Source: a virus
Lineage: Duplodnaviria > Heunggongvirae > Uroviricota > Caudoviricetes
DNA: 64,000 bases
Reading direction: 5' to 3' (one strand)
Virus record (IMG/VR): IMGVR_UViG_3300025319_000008
Span: 42,433 to 106,432 of that record
Program-made: the position numbers and the translations under genes
The notes under the pieces: generated by a model
Told to the model about the DNA's origin: nothing
Seen by the model: only the letters and a program-made list of their open reading frames with translations
Database searches by the model: none
Part shown: piece by piece, positions 56,303-64,000 of the stretch
Position numbering within the stretch: position 1 is the first letter of the stretch
Layout: each line of letters starts with the position of its first letter

Positions 56303-57289
56303 ATGAAAAAAGATAAAAATATATCTCTCTTAATAAAAGAAATTAGAAGCATTTTATTAACTGAGGCTAAAAATACCGATATTATAGTAAATAAAATAGG
56401 TCTTCCTTCTGAAATTTCTGAATGGCTCACAAATGATTACAACGAGAAGTTTCAGCTGTGGATAGCAAACAACTTCAAAAAAGAGGCTGTCAAAAGAATT
56501 TCTGGAGGCAAAGAAATAGTTGCAAATATTATGATTAAAATGCTAAAAGGAGATAAAACACAATCTTCTTTAAAAATACAACTCAATAGACAAAAATTAT
56601 ATTTTCAAGGAGTTTTTCAATTAGTTGTTACGTGGCTTCAAAATAGAAGAGAAATTTCACCAGAAACTGATGAGATTAATTTAAATACTCTCACATTTGA
56701 ACTGGCAGTACAAAGAGCAGATATCTGGCACGAAAAAGTACAGAGATTAAAAGCAGAACAAATTACAGATGAAAGTGGGAAAATAATTAAAACATATCCA
56801 GACGGATTTTATTGGCTTGATTTACAAACAGGAAATTGTAGAGCTGAAGCTAATGCGATGGGACATTGCGGACAAGCTGGAGCAAGTGGAACATTGTATT
56901 CATTTAGAAAAAATCGTCAACCATATCTAACAGGAGAAGTAAATAAAATTAATGGAGTTTTAGTTCAACTAAGAGGAAGGGCAAATACAAAACCAAAAGT
57001 AGAATATCACGATAGGATAATGGACTTTTTACTCGAGCCTAAAGTTGGTGTTATTTCTTTTTCGCCAAGTACTTATAGACCTGACGCTAACTTTGAACTT
57101 AAGGACTTAAATTTAAATCAAATAATTCAATTATATTCCCAAAAACCAACCCTTTTTTCAGAAAATGAATTATATAAAGTTTTATTGAAATATCCAGATT
57201 TCGCTACTCAGGTTAATTTTAGGGTTACTCCATTGCACGAAGACCAAAAAGAAAATTTTAAAAGAAGATATCCAAATATTCAGATTTAA
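56303..57289 (+). CDS. hypothetical protein
   Basis: 328-aa ORF. Confidence 0.5.
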   Translation: MKKDKNISLLIKEIRSILLTEAKNTDIIVNKIGLPSEISEWLTNDYNEKFQLWIANNFKKEAVKRISGGKEIVANIMIKMLKGDKTQSSLKIQLNRQKLYFQGVFQLVVTWLQNRREISPETDEINLNTLTFELAVQRADIWHEKVQRLKAEQITDESGKIIKTYPDGFYWLDLQTGNCRAEANAMGHCGQAGASGTLYSFRKNRQPYLTGEVNKINGVLVQLRGRANTKPKVEYHDRIMDFLLEPKVGVISFSPSTYRPDANFELKDLNLNQIIQLYSQKPTLFSENELYKVLLKYPDFATQVNFRVTPLHEDQKENFKRRYPNIQI

Positions 57290-57601
57290 TCAATGTTCTA
57301 AATTGTTATCATTTACATCTTCTTGGGTTATATTAAGTGCTCTTAATATATAATGTGAGCTAAAAAGTGAATCATTGTTGATTGTGTTTCTTAAATGTTC
57401 ATTCAAAAATTGCCACACCCCTATATTGAGTTTGCTTGTTTTTTCAATTAATACTTTTCTTGTAAGCGCCTCCGGTTTTTCTTCTTCTACTTTTTCATAT
57501 TTAGATAAATCATCGAGTAAATTTTTTGAATATAAATCAAATGTTGAAGTGTTAATCCAATCATTTAAAAACTTATCTATTATTTTTTTATTGTGTGGCA
57601 T
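57290..57601 (-). CDS. hypothetical protein with a TRKVLIEK motif
   Basis: 103-aa ORF. Confidence 0.4.
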   Translation of the reverse strand: MPHNKKIIDKFLNDWINTSTFDLYSKNLLDDLSKYEKVEEEKPEALTRKVLIEKTSKLNIGVWQFLNEHLRNTINNDSLFSSHYILRALNITQEDVNDNNLEH

Positions 57602-57604
57602 TAG

Positions 57605-57805
57605 CTATTTTTTAAGTAGAATTTTTTGTATTTCAACAAACCAATAATTGATAACTGGGCGTATTATTATAAAATACGCTATTGTGTAAGAAATAAACAT
57701 CTTAATATCGTACCAGCAAAAATCTATGATTAAAAAATATTGCCAAGAAATCAATCCAACAATTAATAAAATTAAAGAAATTATATATATAATTATGTAC
57801 TTCAT
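57605..57805 (-). CDS. small membrane protein
   Basis: Two TM helices. Confidence 0.3.
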   Translation of the reverse strand: MKYIIIYIISLILLIVGLISWQYFLIIDFCWYDIKMFISYTIAYFIIIRPVINYWFVEIQKILLKK

Positions 57806-58041
57806 TTTTTTTCGTTTAAAAAATTCAAATTAGGTGTTAGTACATAACCTTTTTTATCGTTTATTTCTGGCGGTATAATCATTTTAGGAGCCGGAAGTGG
57901 TTCTTTTTTCTTTTTTTCCTTAAGAAGATAAGGTGCTTTTTCTTTCGCCCACTCAATATATGAAGGATTAGTTTGTTTTACTATCTTATATGTAATCCCT
58001 GCGTATTTCCCGATTTTAAACACAAAGTCGTCGCTTATCAT
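57802..58041 (-). CDS. hypothetical protein
   Basis: 79-aa ORF. Confidence 0.35.
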   Translation of the reverse strand: MISDDFVFKIGKYAGITYKIVKQTNPSYIEWAKEKAPYLLKEKKKKEPLPAPKMIIPPEINDKKGYVLTPNLNFLNEKK

Positions 58042-58916
58042 ATTTTATTGTATTTTAAATAATAATCAGATAAGAATTCTCCACATGAAGATGAAACATC
58101 TTTTCCTGGAGGCTTGTAGTATTCTGTTTTAATTTCATTATTTTCAAGAAGGGTTCTAAAATGACCTATTCGTGATAATTCAGCCTTTCTGCTTTCACTT
58201 GTTTCTTTCTCGTTAAATCTAAGAAATTTAACAGGTATATCTCTATTTGTTAACATAACAAGAAGAGTACTCAAATCATTATTCGTATCATTTTCATCTT
58301 TAATTAGTGTATAATGAATTTCTACTGAATTGCCGGTAACTTGTTTATAAAATTCAAGAGCTGCAATGCTGGCTTTAATATTTAAAGCATTCGGCATTGA
58401 TTTATTCCTTTGATCATCTTTTGTATAGTGAAGAGAAAGATGCACTTTGAGTGGAATTTTATGAAAATTAACATAACTTGCAAGGGTGAAAATGTTTTTC
58501 CATTGACCTTTAGGTAGACTGGTTGCTAAGCCAAATCTAACATTTTCATAATGTCCTTTAAGTAACCTCATACTTTCGGTTACATTATCAATATTAAGAA
58601 GAGGCTCGCCAATTCCCATATAAGAAATCAAAAGAGCTCTGTTGTTATCTTTTAATTTTAAATCATCATAAATATAATCAACCGGTTCTGTCATTTCCCA
58701 ATTACTAAGGTTTCTCAATTTTAGTTTACCTATATAATCTGTTAAGTGACAAAAAGTGCAACCCATAGCGCAAAGCGTTTGACAACTTATACAAATAATA
58801 TCTTTGCCGGTATTATTATCGATATAAGTTGCTTCTGAAATTAAACCGTCTTTTAATTTAAAAACATACTTAATTGTTTTATCCTGTGTTGATTTAACTT
58901 TTTCTAATAATTTCAT
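58038..58916 (-). CDS. radical SAM enzyme, RlmN/Cfr-like
   Basis: CISCQTLCAMGCTFCHLTD: the Cx3Cx2C cluster sits in an RlmN-like context (cf. CVSSQVGCALECKFCST). Confidence 0.55.
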   Translation of the reverse strand: MKLLEKVKSTQDKTIKYVFKLKDGLISEATYIDNNTGKDIICISCQTLCAMGCTFCHLTDYIGKLKLRNLSNWEMTEPVDYIYDDLKLKDNNRALLISYMGIGEPLLNIDNVTESMRLLKGHYENVRFGLATSLPKGQWKNIFTLASYVNFHKIPLKVHLSLHYTKDDQRNKSMPNALNIKASIAALEFYKQVTGNSVEIHYTLIKDENDTNNDLSTLLVMLTNRDIPVKFLRFNEKETSESRKAELSRIGHFRTLLENNEIKTEYYKPPGKDVSSSCGEFLSDYYLKYNKI

Positions 58917-58918
58917 AT

Positions 58919-59875
58919 TTAATTCGTTTTGTTTTTATAAATTTCTCTCACTAAATCAACATCAAGCACATTTGCACTTAACAATTGTTCATGATTTCCA
59001 TATCTTGCACCATCAATTATATGTAAATCTCTATCATTTATTTGAGGATTTAAAATTCCGTCCCATCTACCTCCAAGCATTGGTTTATAAGAATAAACTT
59101 GCTCCTTAGTGACTTTGGAATCATCCAATAATAATTTTACAACATAGTTGTGTTTATTAGCAATTTTTAGGAGTAACCATTTTAAAATAGTTTTTGATAT
59201 TGAATTTTTTGAATAATGTATTTTCCAAGCTATCTGAGTCATTGTATAAGATGGGAACAATGCATTACCAACAATTTTTTGCCATTTAGTTTTAACTGGT
59301 TTAGGTGTGGAACAAAATTCTTCTTGGCTCAATTCCGGAGAAAACGGCGCTATTAAATAACAAAATTTTTGCCATAATACATTTATGCTCATTAAAGATA
59401 TTTCAACAATTGGTGACAAAATTTTCGCCCACCATATGCCGGAAACAGCTCTTGACCACAACCATAAATCTAATGTTTGATTATACTTCTCACTGAGTTT
59501 CCAATTAACATGAGTAACAAATTCTTTAACTTCACCTTCGGTATGATTAGATGCAATGAGCGTTAAAATTGTATTCAAATAATGGTCTCTTGATAGAGTT
59601 TTATCATCATGTGAAGGAAATCTATAGCCTTGGTAATAATAACCATGTTCACTTTCTAGATCTATTTCAACCCAACAACTTTTAATAGCATCCACAAAAC
59701 GTTTATCTCGATATGTGTAATATGCCTCAAATGTTCTTCCTATTGAATCTCCTTTACCTAAATCACCGGTTGAATCCCACAATTGGTTAATTTGTAGCAT
59801 CATGTGGTATTCTGGGTCAACAAAATAACAAGTTCCTACGGCATCGAAATTGAAATTATTTGTATTATTACTCAT
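58919..59875 (-). CDS. hypothetical protein
   Basis: 318-aa ORF; contains LGGRWDG, as does 14782..15831. Confidence 0.5.
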   Translation of the reverse strand: MSNNTNNFNFDAVGTCYFVDPEYHMMLQINQLWDSTGDLGKGDSIGRTFEAYYTYRDKRFVDAIKSCWVEIDLESEHGYYYQGYRFPSHDDKTLSRDHYLNTILTLIASNHTEGEVKEFVTHVNWKLSEKYNQTLDLWLWSRAVSGIWWAKILSPIVEISLMSINVLWQKFCYLIAPFSPELSQEEFCSTPKPVKTKWQKIVGNALFPSYTMTQIAWKIHYSKNSISKTILKWLLLKIANKHNYVVKLLLDDSKVTKEQVYSYKPMLGGRWDGILNPQINDRDLHIIDGARYGNHEQLLSANVLDVDLVREIYKNKTN

Positions 59876-60144
59876 ATGATGAATTTTTCTAATAATATGT
59901 TAATGTTATCTGTTATGAATTCTTTATCATGAATACTAATTTCAGTATCATCCACAACTTCTTTAATGCAATTTTTAAGAACAATCTTTGGATTAAATAA
60001 TGAATAAGTGTGTTCTGTTTTTGAAAATACTGAGAAATCCTCAGTTATCAAATCTCTCACACAAATTTCGCTTTCATTCACACCAAGAATTTCAAATGCG
60101 TTTCTTTCATTTGTTGTTATTATATTTCCTTTTTTAAATATCAT
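59872..60144 (-). CDS. hypothetical protein
   Basis: 90-aa ORF. Confidence 0.35.
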   Translation of the reverse strand: MIFKKGNIITTNERNAFEILGVNESEICVRDLITEDFSVFSKTEHTYSLFNPKIVLKNCIKEVVDDTEISIHDKEFITDNINILLEKFII

Positions 60145-60145
60145 T

Positions 60146-60628
60146 TTAATTATTTTTTTCTATTAATACTTCTCGAGTTGGTGAAAATATTGGAAGTTCT
60201 TCTATTTTGCTTCTTAATTCTTCGTATTTTTTTTCTTCATCCAACAATTCTTGCATTGTGCATTTAATTTGTTCAAACCATTCAGAGTAAATTTCTGGTC
60301 TTGAATTTATGAATTTAATTTCTCCGCATATAAAATATATAAATGGGTCTTCTAATTGTTCTAGAGATATGTTATTTAAAGGTACATAACCAATATTTTT
60401 AATGAGAATATTTTTTTCTGTGATTGTATAAAATTGAATTTTTTCACTTTCACTTTCATTTATAAGTAATTTAAAATTACCAAATTTTTCGTGCTTTATT
60501 ATTATTTCTAATTTATTTACCGATAACATCAATTCTGATAGTTTTCTATAAATCATATCGCACATATCGTATTGTGTATCAAATAAAACTCTTTTTGTTT
60601 TTAAGGATGATTTCTTTTGCTTGCTCAT
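60146..60628 (-). CDS. hypothetical protein ending in SPTREVLIEKNN
   Basis: 160-aa ORF. Confidence 0.45.
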   Translation of the reverse strand: MSKQKKSSLKTKRVLFDTQYDMCDMIYRKLSELMLSVNKLEIIIKHEKFGNFKLLINESESEKIQFYTITEKNILIKNIGYVPLNNISLEQLEDPFIYFICGEIKFINSRPEIYSEWFEQIKCTMQELLDEEKKYEELRSKIEELPIFSPTREVLIEKNN

Positions 60629-60655
60629 GTGAAAACAAAGATAAATAATTTTTTG

Positions 60656-61420
60656 TTAAGAGCGAATAAAATCTCTAAGTTTTTCAGAGCCTTCAAAATT
60701 TGTTGCGAATACATATTCTAATGCAGAATATATATTATTTTCTGCACTCCTTGGTCCGGAAGAAAATTCCAATTCCTCAACGGAAGATTCTAATGCTGGT
60801 TTTTTACTTGTAACATATCCAGCAACGCATCTAAAAGGAAGAGGAAAAACTCTCTTTGCATATCCTATTCCGATTATGCGGTCATAAAACTTTGCATCAT
60901 CGAATGGGTCTGATGTTCTTGTGTCAATATTGCCGTAATATCGTAACCAAGATGCTTCTTGGTCGGCGTACTTATTTAATTCTTCTTTTGTCATTTTTCT
61001 GTTTTCTGTAATGAAATTTAAATATGGCCGAACACCTTCAAGTATAAATTTTGTTCTTGTTTTTTCTATAAGTACTTTTCTTTCAGCAAGTCCTTCTGGT
61101 TGACCAGGTATTGAATACCATATAACTTCGTTGTCTCTAACTATTGCCATTCCGTTTTGTTCTTTAATATTAACATGATTAACAAGTCCATATTCATGAC
61201 AAAAATTTACCCAATATAATTTATAATAAAATATATCTCCGGTTATAACGAAATTACAGCCAGTCTTTTTTCTTATGCTTCTTGCTTGAGCTTTATTAAT
61301 GATTGGTTTTCTAAAATCGGGATGAAATTTAGCGTGTGAATGGGATTCATCATGATGAATAGAAAGAGTATTATTAAATTCATTTAGTGCTGGATATCGG
61401 TATAATCTACTGTTGTTCAT
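60656..61420 (-). CDS. hypothetical protein with an internal ERKVLIEK motif
   Basis: 254-aa ORF; its first 12 codons are tandemly duplicated upstream. Confidence 0.5.
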   Translation of the reverse strand: MNNSRLYRYPALNEFNNTLSIHHDESHSHAKFHPDFRKPIINKAQARSIRKKTGCNFVITGDIFYYKLYWVNFCHEYGLVNHVNIKEQNGMAIVRDNEVIWYSIPGQPEGLAERKVLIEKTRTKFILEGVRPYLNFITENRKMTKEELNKYADQEASWLRYYGNIDTRTSDPFDDAKFYDRIIGIGYAKRVFPLPFRCVAGYVTSKKPALESSVEELEFSSGPRSAENNIYSALEYVFATNFEGSEKLRDFIRS

Positions 61421-61456
61421 TGAATAGTGCTGGATATTGGTATAATCTACTGTTGT

Positions 61457-61876
61457 TCATCGAAGTAATAATCTAAGATTATTAAAGCTAAATGTTTCCA
61501 TCCAATCAATTTCTTCAATTAATTTAAATTTTTCTATTAAAACTTTTCTTTCTAAAGATAAAATAGAGTTCCTTTTTAATTCTACTTTTAATATTGATTT
61601 TGGAAGTCCATGTATTATTCCCGAACATTCTACAAAACCAATAGCAGTTCCGGAACGTCTTTGTTCTGAAAAATCATAAATTCCTAAACCGTATTTATCT
61701 GTAAATTTCCTATTTGTGCATGACATAACACCAATAAATTCATCTTTAAAAAACACATCAACAGATATAGAACCTTCTTTATTTTGTGTGGCATTTTTAA
61801 ATGAAAAATCTCCACATTGCTTTGACCATTTTTTCTTTGGTTTGCTATTTTTGGTTCTTTTCATTTTACTGCTCAA
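61457..61876 (-). CDS. hypothetical protein (ERKVLIEK), paralog of 61873..62310
   Basis: Shares the WxxxxGDFxFKxAT...FIG core with the next gene. Confidence 0.4.
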   Translation of the reverse strand: MSSKMKRTKNSKPKKKWSKQCGDFSFKNATQNKEGSISVDVFFKDEFIGVMSCTNRKFTDKYGLGIYDFSEQRRSGTAIGFVECSGIIHGLPKSILKVELKRNSILSLERKVLIEKFKLIEEIDWMETFSFNNLRLLLR

Positions 61877-62310
61877 AATAATTCGCCATGGTTTAACTCT
61901 CTCAAAATAACATCAAGAGTAACAAATTTAAGCTTTTCTGGATATTTTTCAAATAATATTTTTCTAATTGAAACCATGTCTGATTTATCAGCAAATAATT
62001 CTGCTTTAATTATTGTGGTTGGGAAATTGCTTCTTAATCCAATGCAAAACACATTACCAATTGGTTGTTTTCCTCCATTAGCAAAATCATATGCACTATA
62101 TTTAGTTCCTGAATCTTCTTTTGAGAAAATTTCCAACTTTTGAATGTTATTTTTTGATCTATAAAATGGCACTATACAATCCCCTATAAAATCGTTTTTA
62201 TACCACACTTCAAATGATTTTTTGCCGGCAGGATGATAAGTAGCTTTTTTAAATTCAAAATCTCCTAAAGTGAAATGCCATTTATTTTTTACTCTTTTTC
62301 TTCTTGTCAT
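61873..62310 (-). CDS. hypothetical protein (IRKILFEK), paralog of 61457..61876
   Basis: 145-aa ORF. Confidence 0.4.
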   Translation of the reverse strand: MTRRKRVKNKWHFTLGDFEFKKATYHPAGKKSFEVWYKNDFIGDCIVPFYRSKNNIQKLEIFSKEDSGTKYSAYDFANGGKQPIGNVFCIGLRSNFPTTIIKAELFADKSDMVSIRKILFEKYPEKLKFVTLDVILRELNHGELF

Positions 62311-62650
62311 CCGACTTTATTTCTTTTTTAATATCATCAAACATCTCTTTGAGATATTTTTTATTTTCAGCGCTTATTCTTTTATTGTCAGCAATAAGCT
62401 CTTCGATTTCTTTATTGCTCATTCCAAGGAGTCCAATCACTGACTCAGCAAGTTTTATATGACCAGTGCAATATCCAGAAGTATAACTAAGTCCAGTTTG
62501 AATTTCAATGTGATACGCTTTATGAATTTCTTTATTGATTCCATTTTTGCGAATGTCGCTCAGCTGTTCTTCTTGATTTTTAAGAGTTTTTTTAATTCCT
62601 TTTAAATCTTCTGTAAGAATTCCAATTATTAATTTTTCTTTTTTTTCCAT
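62282..62650 (-). CDS. hypothetical protein
   Basis: 122-aa ORF. Confidence 0.4.
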   Translation of the reverse strand: MEKKEKLIIGILTEDLKGIKKTLKNQEEQLSDIRKNGINKEIHKAYHIEIQTGLSYTSGYCTGHIKLAESVIGLLGMSNKEIEELIADNKRISAENKKYLKEMFDDIKKEIKSDDKKKKSKK

Positions 62651-62654
62651 GGTA

Positions 62655-62981
62655 TTATTTATTGAGAACTTTGTTTATGATTAATCTTAAATTATCTTTT
62701 TCAAATAAGACTTTTCTTTCCTGGCAAAGATACTCTTTTTTAAATTGATTATAACTCATTTCGTTCCTAAATTCACCTTCTGAAATTCCATCTTCTGCGA
62801 ATTCAGAACATGAATGAAAATAAGCGTCACATAAATCACACCAATAAGTAGTTCCGAATACTCCATCTTCAACTCCTACCACATATGTCATAATTCTTCC
62901 AATTGGCACAATATCCAAACAACCAAAACATTTTCTCGGCTTTCTTATTTTTACTTCTTTGTTTTTTAGTATGTTATACAT
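62655..62981 (-). CDS. hypothetical Cys-rich protein with a QERKVLFEK motif
   Basis: CFGC...CDLCDAYFHSC. Confidence 0.4.
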   Translation of the reverse strand: MYNILKNKEVKIRKPRKCFGCLDIVPIGRIMTYVVGVEDGVFGTTYWCDLCDAYFHSCSEFAEDGISEGEFRNEMSYNQFKKEYLCQERKVLFEKDNLRLIINKVLNK

Positions 62982-63494
62982 TTACCAATTATTACATTTT
63001 TCGAACAATACCTTTCTTGTGCTTTCTGCAATTAATATTTTTTGTTTAAAGTCTTTTGTTCTTTGTGCGGACAAACTTCTGTGAAAAGAACAATCTTCAT
63101 TGTGATTGATAAATCCAACACTTGTTTTTTTGATTATTTTATGAGGGAATTTTATTTTCGGTTTAATCCATTCAATAATTTCAGTATGACGTATTGGAAT
63201 AAAAAAAGTATAATACCCATCCGAAAGCAAAAACCTATAAATTCCATGAGTTTCTTGTATTTCTTCTATCATACAATCGTATGGCTCAAATAAGTATTCT
63301 GAAAACCAATATTCCTGTTTTTTGCCAGTAATTTTTTTCACTAAAGCCAATAAAAAATTACAGCTCGCAACAGCTCTATCACAATGTTGTTTTGGGACTC
63401 CTCCACCATCTCTATGCCATTTATCCAATATCCTTTTATCAGCATAAAATCTGAACTTGAAAATAAAATAATCTTTACACTTAAGGTAGTTCAT
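62982..63494 (-). CDS. hypothetical protein ending in STRKVLFEKCNNW
   Basis: 170-aa ORF. Confidence 0.45.
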   Translation of the reverse strand: MNYLKCKDYFIFKFRFYADKRILDKWHRDGGGVPKQHCDRAVASCNFLLALVKKITGKKQEYWFSEYLFEPYDCMIEEIQETHGIYRFLLSDGYYTFFIPIRHTEIIEWIKPKIKFPHKIIKKTSVGFINHNEDCSFHRSLSAQRTKDFKQKILIAESTRKVLFEKCNNW

Positions 63495-64000
63495 GATTTA
63501 GCTAAAAATTTTTGAAATTTTTGGAGTTCTTTTATTCTTGTTTTTTTTCCTGCTTGTTTTTCAATACTCATATTTCCTCTAAATAAATTTTCTTGTATTT
63601 TCTTTATTAGTAATGGAATATATTTTTTTAATGAAATTAAAACATCTTCTTCTGAAGAACATATAAGTTTATCACCAGACGAATGACCTCCATATAAATG
63701 AAAAGTATTTAATGTATTATTTGTATCTAAAAAAACATGCATCATTGTATGAATTTCACGAAATTTCCCTTTTTTATCGAAAAAAAATATTTTACTCCCA
63801 TTTTCTAATATTTCTGGGACTAAAGAAATTATATATCTTTCTATAACAAGACTATTAGCGTCTATCACCCATACGTATTCACCGGGAGCTACTATCGAAT
63901 TGCGGTAATTTTCTAAAACTTTTTTTAAAGGATATTCTTTATAAATAAATTTTTCAACAAGCACTCTTCTTTTCTGTGGAAAGTTAATTAAATTAGGAGG
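63491..64000 (-). CDS. hypothetical protein, 5' end beyond the window (KRRVLVEKF motif near the N-terminus)
   Basis: The reading frame stays open upstream of the GTG at 63964 to the window edge. Confidence 0.4.
   Translation of the reverse strand, partial: PPNLINFPQKRRVLVEKFIYKEYPLKKVLENYRNSIVAPGEYVWVIDANSLVIERYIISLVPEILENGSKIFFFDKKGKFREIHTMMHVFLDTNNTLNTFHLYGGHSSGDKLICSSEEDVLISLKKYIPLLIKKIQENLFRGNMSIEKQAGKKTRIKELQKFQKFLAKS

Noticed and set aside
1-64000. Eukaryotic giant virus (mimivirus-like) origin, suggested by AT richness, homing endonucleases, topoisomerase IA and paralog families
   Set aside because: The window carries a bacterial-type SSB with an acidic DDDLPF tail, sigma-70-like regions, ClpP, ATGA-coupled gene overlaps and Bacteroidota-style promoters. 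These fit a bacteriophage.

Overview
This is a gene-dense, strongly AT-rich window (roughly 70% A+T by eye). It reads as a large lytic dsDNA phage genome with a T4-like gene style, not a bacterial chromosome segment. It has about 100 short to medium ORFs, and many adjacent genes overlap as ATGA or TAATG start/stop pairs. Freestanding homing endonucleases (GIY-YIG, LAGLIDADG) sit between housekeeping-type genes. There are several DNA methyltransferases, a nucleotide-metabolism group (dCMP deaminase, dUTPase), and a bacterial-type SSB with an acidic DDDLPF tail. Other recognisable genes are topoisomerase IA, RNase H, a RecA-family ATPase and a Clp ATPase / ClpP / DnaJ cluster. I found no rRNA and no convincing tRNA. 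Three upstream regions carry Bacteroidota-style promoter elements (TTTG, then 18-19 nt, then TAnnTTTG), which suggests a Bacteroidota host.

Points of interest beyond routine annotation:
- An eight-residue peptide motif (R-x-V-L-[IF]-E-K) recurs in more than 20 otherwise unrelated small ORFs.
- An orphan four-repeat CRISPR-like mini-array sits next to an AT-rich leader-like stretch.
- Two tandem giant proteins carry sigma-70 region 2 and region 4 signatures.
- Small ribbon-helix-helix genes are paired with homing-type nucleases three times.
- A LAGLIDADG module is fused to a dUTPase.
- A methyltransferase gene is interrupted by a single in-frame TGA.
- NADAR and Nudix genes, plus possible ADP-ribosyltransferase-like paralogs, form an ADP-ribose theme.

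Most small ORFs are called only as hypothetical, based on ORF integrity and gene packing.
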